A DNA stretch of 64,000 bases, taken from positions 1 through 64,000 of the forward strand of contig MEDY01000127.1 of assembly GCA_001724265.1 (NCBI GenBank). Reading direction: 5' to 3'. This DNA comes from Rhizaria sp. SCN 62-66. Its lineage: Eukaryota. Shown piece by piece: positions 53,653 to 63,227 of the stretch. Under the pieces are notes generated by a model, which was given only the letters and a program-made list of their open reading frames with translations, made no database searches and had not been told where the DNA came from. Position numbers and translations under genes: made by a program. Positions within the stretch are counted from its first letter, which is position 1. Every line of letters begins with the position of its first letter.

Positions 53653-56600
53653 TCAAATCCTCTGCTGCTACTGCTGCTGTACCTTTTGCTGTTGGCGCTT
53701 CTTGTCTTCCTCAACGATTGCAGCCCACTTGGCCAGCCTCGCCGCCTCCGCAGCAGCCTCTGCCGCTTGCTTCGTGCCCTGCCCATGCTTGGTGACTGCT
53801 GCCGCTGCCGCCGCCGCCGCTGTTGCAGCAGCTGTGGCAGCTGGCGCAGTACCGCGTGTTGAAGAAGAGCCTCTGACGCTGGTGCTGCTGCTGATGTTGC
53901 GTCCAACAATTTCATCATCATCGCTCACGTCAATCTGTTGTGTCGGATCAAAGTCAAGCCGCATATTGACATTTACCTTATTTCTCGGCACACGAGTCTG
54001 CGCGTTGTTGTTGTGACTCGACTGGGACTGTGTCAGCGACTGAGTCTGAGACTGCGGCGACTGCCCGTGCGACAGCGCATGCAGCGCCTGCGCCCTGGCC
54101 GCCGCCCCCGCCGCCGCAGCAGCGGCCCCCTTGGCGCTGGCTTCCGTCGCGGCCGCCGCCGAGGGGCGCACGGCGGGCCTCGCGGTGCCGTCATTGCCCG
54201 AACCGACCTTGAACGGTGCCGTCGCGTGGCGGTTGCTCGTCCCGCAGCCGCAGTGCACGCCGAGAGTCGTGTGCGTGAGGTGAGCGGTGCAGTCGCGCGT
54301 ATGAGTCACAGCGTCCGTGCCGTCGTTATGTGGAGACGCATCATCAGGAGTTTGCATCGGACCCTCGGCATCATCACAGGAGTTGTGAACGTGCTTGGCG
54401 TTGTGCGTGGATGTGGGTGAGCTAGGGTTCACATTCGGAACGAAGCCGGCTTGACTTGCGATATACTGCTGCCGCTTCAACCGCGCTTCAGCCTCCGCAA
54501 GCGTTTGCCTCAGCATCACTTGCCTTCCTGTCTCACCAGTGTGCGCACCGACAAACGCACCGCGCGCCCGCGCCCGCGACGGCGACGACAGAGCGAGCGC
54601 GGACGGCGCCGCAGCGGGCGCGGCGGCCTCGGTGGCGGCGGCCGGAAGCGGCACAGGGCCGTTGCTGTTCGTGCAGTTGGTCGCAACGACAACAGTGTTG
54701 CTTTTGTTCTCATTGCTGGTGCTTTGCGTGACGTGGAAAGGCGGCGTTTGAAGCGGAATTGTGCGCGTTGTCGCAAGACGATCGCGCAAAGTTAAACCGC
54801 AATTATTGTTGTTCACGGAAGCAACAAGCGCAGCGGCTTCAGTGGACAAGCCAGCTGATGAGCCATTGTTGCACGAGTTGCGGTGCAGGAGAGATGCCAG
54901 CAAAGCGTCGTCGTCCTCCTTGCTGTATTCATCATGGCTGCCGCTATAACCATCAGAGCTCGGATCATAGTCGTCGACCGCGTCAGCGTCATGCATCCTG
55001 TTGCCCGCGTTCGCATTGTTCGCATTAGCATCACTCTGCGACTGCGACTGTGCGAGCACATGCGAGTGCGATTGTGAGTTTGCACCTTGTTGCTGCTGAT
55101 GCTGTTGCTGTTGCTGTTGCTGGAGCGAAAGTAGCGAATGGGGCGTATGCGTGAAACTGACAATTAACCCACCATGCACCAGCACAGTCCCGACATTGGC
55201 TACACCAGCCACCACAACCCCAGGCGCAGTCTGCTGCCGTTGCCGCTGCTGGTTCTGGTTCAGATTCGACATGATGAGCTTCCTGGTTAGCCTCGCAACT
55301 GTAATCGCTTGGCTCGACTCGACGCTCGGCGTTACTTGCGACGGACCCCGGATCACGCGCACAGGCGCATCGCCGGGCGCGGCTTGACTTAAATCATACT
55401 AGCTGCACTGCTGCTGCTGGTGATGGGGGTTGCGCACGAGAGGAAACTTAGCGCGGGGGTACTTGCACGTGACAGCAGGCGCGGTGTTCACATTCGATGT
55501 CGCGCTTCGAGAGCTCTCACCACCGGGGTTCTGCTGCTGATGATCGAGATCATCGTGATCGCTATCGTGTGCGTTCTCACCTCGGTCAAGCGGCCCACGC
55601 CAGAGCAGGCCCTGTCGGGCATCAGCGCTGGCCTGCGCTAAATCGCCCCACCACTGACCCTCGGTGCTGTTCTCGGTCTTCGCCACCGTCTCGGCGGCGT
55701 ACAAATCCTATCCGCTACTGTTGCCTTGAAGAGGGTTCACAAAGTATCCGCCAGTGCTAGCGCTGCTGTTGCCAACACGGTGTGATTTGGTGCGCTTGAT
55801 CAGCGCGGGCTCCGGCCTCGCCCGCGGCACCTTGGCCGGCATCGGCTTGGCCGTTGCTCCCGCCAGGTCCGGCCCGTACACCGCCGACATCGCAGTCGCG
55901 GGCCCTGGCCCCAGAGACGACTCCGCGAGCGGATGGCTCGCCCAGTCGATCGGGAACACCACCGACGCCGCGGGGACCGTGCCGGCACTCGCGGACACCG
56001 GCGGCATCGCAAGCCCCTCCGCAGACACGTGGGATTGGGAGCCAGGAAACGTGTGAGTCATCGGTACCGGTGCCGTGCGTTCTAGAACAGCCTCGCGCGC
56101 CATGGCGGCGACGCGTGCGCCCGCGATTTGCCTGCGGTTGCGGCCTGTGGCAGCCACCCGCACGCCGAGGCTCAGCGCCTGCGCGCCTTTGCCGGCCGCG
56201 GCCGGGCTGCTGAGGCTGCTGGCCGCGGCGATGAGATGACGCGTGTTGGCGCGCGCCGTCATCGATAGCGACGAGGCGTGGTTGCTGAGCGCGGCGCCGG
56301 AGCAGTCGCTCGCGACGGCCGGGTTGCTGTAGCTGCGGACGTCGTTCGCGCGAGTGCCCGCGCCGCGGCTCGTCTGGGCGCGTGCAATACAGGCGGCCGT
56401 TTTGTGATTGTGATTGTCGTTGTTGTTGATGTTCGAGTTGGGGTTTGCTGCGAGTGCGCCGTGGTTGGGGACAGCGGCGGCAGTGGCGACACCGCATCCT
56501 ACGCCGACGCCGGCAGCGGCGGCCCTGTCCAGCAGCGGAGCAATGTCCCTGCGGAGACGCAGGATGCGGCTCTCTTGCACTTGCCGCAGACCGGCCGCGA

Positions 56601-57225
56601 CCGACTGCGCGGGCATCACGTACGGCGACTGCGACTGAGACGGAGACAGAGCGGAACGAGGCGTTGATTTGATGTGCGAGGCGGGCGAGTGAAAGTACCC
56701 TGAGCCGTCCAAGTACCCTTGCTGGTACGCAGTCGCTGTCGCAGTCATACTGTTGGCGTTGACGTTGGAGTTGGAGTTGGCGTGTTGGGGGACAGGAAGC
56801 GGGATGCCAAGTCGGTCATGAGCCCACTGCGGCATCGCGGCGGCGATGGAGCCGGGCGGCAGCAGGACCATTGACTGCTGGGTGCGGAATAGCGCGTCAT
56901 TGTCGTCAGCGCTATCACCTACGGATAGAGATGATGAAGGGTACTCGTCGTTGATGAAGCGAACGGTCGATGCGTTGGCACTCGAAGTCGGGTAACCGGC
57001 AGAAGCAGCACTGCCAGCGGCCGGGGCGAGGGCAGGACCGTAAGCCCGCGGCCTATAAGGCGATGAAGATACGTTAGACGGTAGAATCATCGACCCCGTA
57101 GAGCGAAGAGCCGATGGCATAGTGACGCTATGCGCGGAGGTGTGGGGAGCTGAGGCCATCGCAGCAGGTCCAGACGCGAAGGCCATGCCGCTCGGTCGCG
57201 AGCGAGCACTGTCGCTAGATGACAT
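53653..57225 (-). CDS. Uncharacterised low-complexity protein (~1190 aa) with three in-frame TAG codons (55708, 55399, 53668)
   Basis: Three consecutive ORF-track pieces are in one frame separated only by TAG; the last TAG lies inside a CAG run and is followed by QQRI and TGA at 53655-53653. Confidence 0.68.
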
Positions 57226-58318
57226 TATGAGGAGCTATTAAAAAAGGAAATAATACAACTATAACAAAAGGATCGGGAAAAGAGCGGGCAGTGAGTTTGA
57301 CGATGCCGTTGATTCAATCCAGAACGGTTTCTTCCCTCCATCGCTCAGGCTTCATCTCCAAGCCACAGTGCAGCAGCGAGGCATAGACAATTAAGAGTAT
57401 TTCTCATAATGGCAAACGACTGGAAAAATGCCGGCAAGATATGGAATTTGGGATGTGTATTTGAAGAAGAATATATTAACTGGATAACGGGCGCGATACT
57501 ATTCCCACGGGGATTCTTTGTCGTAGAGACAGCACGCTTTAGATTGAAACGAAACAAAATGGAGGAAGGTTTGCACGAATGCCAGATCGACACGGACACA
57601 GAGACTAGTTCAGCTTGAATTATCTAGCGCCTGTGGTGAGACTGCCATGCTTGCAAGAAGATGGTGATCGAATCCCCAAACGAAGAGACAACAAAGTGAC
57701 TGAAGCAGACGTCACATCGCACACTTTGCAGACGAAAACGACCCACACAGGAGGCGGTCGCGTTATCGTGCTCAGCTGCGATGTCGCGTCATGCGTGTCT
57801 TTGTGATGGTTGTGTAGAGGGCCAATAAATAACAGTTCAAAGCTCAGATGAGCCTTGGCAGCGAACCCTGTACACAGGCTCAACAAGAGACACACTCGTT
57901 TTGTGACAAACAGCGATCAAAGCAGCGAAAGCAAGCAACGGCTCAAATCAGGGAGTCAGTTTACGATCAGTAATAGTGACATTACTTTGCAACATCACCA
58001 AAGATATATGCAACATGTCAAAGAACAGAATACTGTGGCAGATGTACTGATATCCTGACGGTACGCTTGGTTGCTGGCACTGGCTTGTTGTCACGCAGTC
58101 GCACGGTGGTGGAGCTAGGACTGCTTTAGTAGTATTATTAACGGTGCCACTGGCTTAATTAACTGTAGTAGCAGTGACGTTCGCGCCAGGAGGCAGTGGT
58201 TGCGTTGTTTGTTGTGTGAAGTTACATTAGATCCATTAATGGTTGATAGTGCGTCAGAGCGCATGAGAGGCGAATGGTGGAGGGGAGAGAGATAAATAAG
58301 ACGGTCGGTGTGAATTAT

Positions 58319-59042
58319 CTGCAAAAGGGAAAGTGAAAGCAAACAGTATAGCGCAAGGAAAGGAGTGTGTTGTTGTGACTGGTGAGCTGTGCTGTTCTGT
58401 TGTCATGCCTTGCTGTGTTTGCGATGTGTAGGTTGTGTTTCGTGATAGTTTCATCGTAGTCGCCGTTGTTGTTGTTGTTGTTGCTCCTCCGTTGAGATAT
58501 TGTTGCTGCTTCTCGTGCCACTGGTAATGCTGCTACTGATGCGAAAGCGCGTGTGCAAGTGTTGGTGTTACTTTCCGTTTGTGTGGTGCGTGATCGTCTT
58601 TGTTGCGACTGAGGTTTGGAAAACTGGCATCGTAGTGCTTCTTACTAAACTTGCGTTTGTTCACGTTTTGCGTTGTGCATACTGGTATCGCATAGATTCG
58701 GCTCCACTTTTAATCTCATGAGGAATTGCTACATCAAACACCAATCACCAAGCATTAGGAGCATGACAACATCCGAAGCAGCGTCAGCAGAAACACGAAT
58801 CACGACGAACACAGGAGTACCACAACAATACGGAGACAAACAAACACACACGCACAAAGCTCAGCAACAGAAGCAACACCAGCAGCAGCGACACGAGAAG
58901 AGTTCAACAACAACGAGCCAACAAACACCGAAGCAGACGACGACAAGACTAACACAAAGCACGCACGTACACATCAGGCGACACGAGTACTGACACAACA
59001 GCACCCCTGATAGCTACTGAGAGCGATATCAGGAGCAGCAAT

Positions 59043-59098
<56 letters not shown>

Positions 59099-59381
59099 GT
59101 CACAACAGTGGCGACACCAGCGACGCCAGTGACACATGATAGAAATATAGATAGACAGAGATAGGTAACACGCAGGACCGCACGCGCGCGAATGCGAGTG
59201 CGCAAGTGCAAGTGATGCGGCTATACAGCAGCGACACACCGCGGCAAGTTAACACATCGCATTCATAGCTCATACCAAGCGCTTTATGAAAAGCGGCGTG
59301 AGGCTGAGCCAAGCGCAGCGCGCGAAGAGCTGAGGGAAAGATAGACACAGATATACGCGAGTTGGGTGAAAGGAAACTTAC
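58319..59381 (-). other. Putative 1063-nt intron containing a long imperfect inverted repeat
   Basis: Donor GTAAGT at 59381, polypyrimidine tract and acceptor (ctttcactttcccttttgcAG) ending at 58319; nested complementary blocks 58371-58380/59098-59107, 58423-58430/58968-58975, 58509-58517/58892-58900. Confidence 0.6.
59045..59095. repeat. (CAG)17 microsatellite
   Basis: 17 perfect CAG units read directly; lies in the putative intron rather than in a supported CDS. Confidence 0.95.
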
Positions 59382-59776
59382 GTATCGTCCCCGTCGTACA
59401 CGACGAGAGTGTAGTCGCTGTGGGGGAAAGGCGAGTTGGAGAGCACGGCCTTGACGGCCGAGCTGGCCGCAGTGCGAAGGCCAGTCTCCTGCTTGGCACC
59501 CTCGACGCTGCTGTTGCCGTTCGAGGTGACAAGGGCGTCGACAGCGACGGGACCGACCGACATGACGGCGGAAAAAGCAGCGACGGACGACACGCGGGGG
59601 CCCGCGCGGGAGGCGGCAGCGACAGCGACAACGGAGGAGGCAGAGGAGGCGGCGGCGGCGAGGGCAGCGCGAGAGACGTTGCGGCCGGCGGAAATCATGC
59701 TGGCGAAGTGGCGCGAGGCGTGCGCGGTAGCGACAGCGCGGTGCATAACGCGACCGCAAAGACGAGACGCGTACAT
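59378..59776 (-). CDS. Small Ala/Ser/Arg-rich protein resembling a mitochondrial presequence with an acidic DGDDT C-terminus (start may be ATG 59698); terminal codon probably split by intron 59381-58319
   Basis: MISAGRNVSRAALAAAASS...RAGPRVSS has no acidic residues for ~50 aa; strong GC3 bias; ends GAC GAT AC|G TAA, where GTAAGT is also a splice donor. Loose resemblance to NFD6/NOXY2-type small mitochondrial proteins is from memory only. Confidence 0.6.
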   Translation of the reverse strand: MYASRLCGRVMHRAVATAHASRHFASMISAGRNVSRAALAAAASSASSVVAVAAASRAGPRVSSVAAFSAVMSVGPVAVDALVTSNGNSSVEGAKQETGLRTAASSAVKAVLSNSPFPHSDYTLVVYDGDDT

Positions 59777-60372
59777 TACCTTTGGGCAAAAGGAGTGCAG
59801 TCCCACTGACGGAGAGTTGCAACCAGAAAATTGATTGCAAATTCGTCCTCAGTCCAGTCTCGGTCTGGCTCCCGCTATAGAAAGTTAGGCCGCCCAGGTC
59901 CAGCCACAGTCAAAACTCGGCAGGCCGGTCTGGGACTCGGTGACCAGAAAGAGCAGTGGCTAGGATTAAGTTTGATTCTGGATCGTCGCGCAGTCTCCGT
60001 CTATACGGTTCCACGTGCATTTTCTGGTATTATTGTTTGTATTTAATTCAGCATCCTTAATTCGAGTCCCCCAATAGACTATATCACCTCTGGGGCACCT
60101 CTCGTCTTATCGACTCACCACTCTCTCGGAGCCACCAACAAGTTTCCCACCTACGTACGTCTCTCTTGCACTACAGCCCGCCTTCTTTCGAAGATCGCTT
60201 TCATATACGAATTTAAATATTTTCAATTTATCTTCCTTGCTCACTTACATTCCTTTTAATATTTGTCTTTGCCTCCAATTCACTTCCCTGCGTGACCTTG
60301 ACTTTTACGTATCCGTTGCAGTGCACGACTCAGCTCGCCTGCTCTCGCGCGCGCTATACTCTTTGACTCTTA

Positions 60373-62319
60373 ATGTCGTTCTTCCCCCCGTCTCAGGACG
60401 GCGCTGGCGTGGCCCCTGCTGGCGCACTGGCCTCCACGAGCGACTTTCGCGACTCTCGTGACGGTCGCGACAGCCGTGATAGCCGCAGCCGCGACCCCCG
60501 CGACTCCCGTGAGTCTCGCGACGCTCCCCGCAGCAGCCGCGGTGGCAGCCGCGACCGCGACAGCCGCAGCCGTAGCCGCGACCGCGACGGGAACCGTCGC
60601 AGCTCGGTTGGCTCTGGCTCTAGTAGTTCGCGATACGACCGTGAGCGCTATGACCGCGACCGCTACGACCGTGGGTCGACCGGCCGCTACGACGATCGTG
60701 ACCGATACGTCGTCCCCAGCAGCAGCGACCGTTACTCTTCGAGTAGCGCCGACCGCGACCGTGAGCGTGACCGCGACCGTGACCGTAGTGACCGTGACCG
60801 CGAGCGTGAGCGTGAGCGTGAGCGTGAGCGTGAGCGTGAGCGTGACCGCGGTCGTGGTGGCCGCAGCGACCGCGACCGTGACCGTGACCGTAGTGACCGT
60901 GAGCGCGGTGGCGGTGGCGGTGACCGTGGGCGCGATTCGTACCGCGGTGACCGCGACCGCGACCGCGCGAGTGACCGTGAGCGCGGCAGTGACCGTGAGC
61001 GTGACCGGCCCGCAGCCTTCGACTCTGACGCGGTGGCACGCTCCCTCGCTTCCGGCGACAGCGCCCCTGGCTCTGGCTCGAGTGCGGCTGCTGCGGTGCA
61101 TCCCTCCCGGGCTGGCCTCGTGGGCTCAGCCTCCGCGGCCCCCCGCTTCAGCCACCAAACCGACTCTGCCGCCGCCACTGGCTCCACTGGCCCTGCGGTG
61201 CCCAACTCCGGGCTCAACCCGATCCTCGTCGCGCAAACGCGTCTCTCGCGCCGCATCTTCATCGGCAACCTGCCCGCGCACCCCGCGCTGACTGACCGCA
61301 TCGTGCAGCAGTTCTTCGAGCTGTTCATGTCGCAGCGCGGCTTCACGACCCCCGGTCCGATCATCAACGTCGCGCTCGCCGCTGAACGCACCTACTGCTT
61401 CGCCGAGCTGCGGTCCGTTGCCGACGCCGTGGCGTTGGTGCTGCTGCTTGACGGGCAGGAGATGGGCGGCCGCCGTCTGCGCGTGTCGCGCCCGCGCGAC
61501 TTCACCCCAGCCCCGCCCGCGCTCGCCAATTTCATCGTCGGCCTGCCCCCGGGGTCCTTCCTCCCGCCCGTGTCGACGCCGGTTGAGGCAGCGCTGCTCA
61601 ACGCCACCGTCGCCGCGCAGCTCAACTCGGCCGCGGCGCTTGCCGCGCTCCCCGCACCCGTGCAGAGCGCGCTCACCGCCGAGCTGGGCCAGATGGGGCT
61701 GCTGACCGCGGTCACGGCGGCGGCCAAGATCGCGCCCGTGCCAGTGCCCGTGGACCCCGCGACGGGCCGGGTCACCACCGGCAGCGTCGTCGTGCTCTCG
61801 CACCTGCTCGCGGAACACGTGGCCCCCACCGCGACTACCCCCACGAGTACCGCGGATGCCGTCGAAACTGCGGCGTCTAAGGGGGTACTTAGTCCGCTGA
61901 GCGACTCGCGCGCGTGGTTGGACCTCGTCGACGACATCCGGTCCCAGCTCACCACGACCGTGCTCACGGTCACCGCGGCGGCCGGCGCGCCCCGCACCGC
62001 CAACAGCGACCGTGAGCTGCAACGGCCTGTGCTGCGTGTCATCGTGCCCCGCACCGCGCCGTTCGACCCCGCCGTGCTGTCAGAGGAGGCGGGGCGCGGC
62101 GGCGGCGTGGCGAGCGACGGCAGCGAGGTGGACCTGGCTGCGGACTGTGGTCCCGTCAATGCAGCCCACGCGGGCTCAGTCTGGGTGCTGATGAGCTCGG
62201 AGCAGGGCGCGCGCGCAGTCGTCGAGGCAATGCACGGACGTCTGTACCGCAGGAACAAGGTCGTCGCGACTTTTGGTACGATGGAGGAGTTTGAAAAGCT
62301 TCTTAGGAACTCTGTGTGA
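60373..62319 (+). CDS. Splicing factor U2AF large subunit-like protein (648 aa); 5'-UTR intron 60155-60321
   Basis: N-terminal RS/RD/RE-rich region; RRM1 TRLSRRIFIGNLP...CFAELRSV...LDGQEMGGRRLRVSRPRDF; C-terminal UHM VVVLSHLL...LVDDIRSQ...VIVPR...GSVWV...AMHGRLYRRNKVVATF; ends TGA. Confidence 0.82.
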   Translation: MSFFPPSQDGAGVAPAGALASTSDFRDSRDGRDSRDSRSRDPRDSRESRDAPRSSRGGSRDRDSRSRSRDRDGNRRSSVGSGSSSSRYDRERYDRDRYDRGSTGRYDDRDRYVVPSSSDRYSSSSADRDRERDRDRDRSDRDRERERERERERERERDRGRGGRSDRDRDRDRSDRERGGGGGDRGRDSYRGDRDRDRASDRERGSDRERDRPAAFDSDAVARSLASGDSAPGSGSSAAAAVHPSRAGLVGSASAAPRFSHQTDSAAATGSTGPAVPNSGLNPILVAQTRLSRRIFIGNLPAHPALTDRIVQQFFELFMSQRGFTTPGPIINVALAAERTYCFAELRSVADAVALVLLLDGQEMGGRRLRVSRPRDFTPAPPALANFIVGLPPGSFLPPVSTPVEAALLNATVAAQLNSAAALAALPAPVQSALTAELGQMGLLTAVTAAAKIAPVPVPVDPATGRVTTGSVVVLSHLLAEHVAPTATTPTSTADAVETAASKGVLSPLSDSRAWLDLVDDIRSQLTTTVLTVTAAAGAPRTANSDRELQRPVLRVIVPRTAPFDPAVLSEEAGRGGGVASDGSEVDLAADCGPVNAAHAGSVWVLMSSEQGARAVVEAMHGRLYRRNKVVATFGTMEEFEKLLRNSV

Positions 62320-62550
62320 AGTTTCTAGCGCAAATACGTTTATTAGTGACTTCAGCAAACGATCAGTTCGTGTTTCCGACCCAACGCCAGCCAACGGCTC
62401 TGGGCGCGGAAGAGATGGCTAGATGTGAGCCAGATCAAAGAGGGTCGGTTAAGGATTGTTAGGACCATGAATTTGGTACTAGAGATACAGATTGCTTTAT
62501 TCACGACATTTTCCTTTTTGATTCTTTTTTGTTTTTGAATTGCAGACAGA

Positions 62551-63227
62551 ATGCAGTCTTCCCGCGCTGGCCAGAAGGACGTTGCTCGCGTCTACGAGCG
62601 TCCCGGTCTCTCGAGCGACGAGATCGATGAGCTCTCCGAGGCGTTCAAGCTTTTCGACACCGAGCAGTCCGGTACGTATTGACTACGCTCTCGCGTATCT
62701 CTTTGTCAGTGGTCCACCCTTTTTGCTGATGAAATGCTGTCTGTAATCTTGCCGCGCGCCTCCTTGCTTGCTCGCTCTGACTCCGTCTTGTTACTTTCTG
62801 TCCTTGACCTCACCCACGCTAACACGGCTGGCGCTCTCTGTTCATTCCCTGTGTAGGTTACATTGATGCTAACGAGCTCAAAGCCGCGATGGAGTCCTTG
62901 GGCTACCGCAACAAGAACCGCATGGTGTACAACATGATCGAGTCTCTTCCTTCTGGCATGATCAACTTCGATCGTTTCCTCGACCTCATGACGGCCCGCA
63001 TCTCCGACACGGACTCGCGCGAGGACATTGCCAAGCTCTTCCGCCTCTTTTCCAACGACGGACAGTTTATCACCGTGGATAACCTGCAGATGGTAGCCAA
63101 GGAGCTCGGTGAGCCCATGTCACAGGCGGAGCTGCGCGAGATGATCGAGCGCGCCGACGCCAACGGCGACAATCGCATCGATTTCGAGGAGTTTTACGCC
63201 ATCATGACTAACAAGAGCTTCGATTGA
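62551..63227 (+). CDS. Centrin (EF-hand protein), exons 62551-62671 and 62857-63227 (163 aa)
   Basis: YERPGLSSDEIDELSEAFKLFDTEQSG|YIDANELKAAMESLG, FLDLMTARISDTDSREDIAKLF, VAKELGE, LREMIERADANGDNRIDFEEFYAIMT; phase-1 GTACGT...TAG intron; ends TGA. Confidence 0.93.

Noticed and set aside
46103-55710. A-to-I editing (UAG to UGG), pyrrolysine or selenocysteine as the explanation for internal stops
   Set aside because: Sites fall mostly in Gln-rich disordered linkers rather than Trp or catalytic positions; Sec uses UGA, and MsrB here has Cys. Editing is disfavoured but not formally excluded without RNA data.
57345-58060. Short ORFs in the gap between the 57225 gene and the structured intron
   Set aside because: No coding bias or recognisable motifs; probably UTR/intergenic.
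59042-59044. TAG adjacent to the (CAG)17 array on the plus strand as further recoding evidence
   Set aside because: No supported plus-strand CDS there; it only shows CAG arrays can acquire TAG neutrally, so it was not counted.
60760-61010. Tandem hexamer repeats as a CRISPR-like or mobile-element array
   Set aside because: They encode the RD/RE dipeptide region of the U2AF-like protein; no spacers. No tRNA, rRNA or transposase was recognised anywhere in the window.
2361-62258. Numerous long antisense and alternate-frame ORFs (e.g. 2361-4226, 22459-23868, 61126-62022)
   Set aside because: Shadow ORFs of GC-rich, repeat-rich coding sequence; no domain signal.
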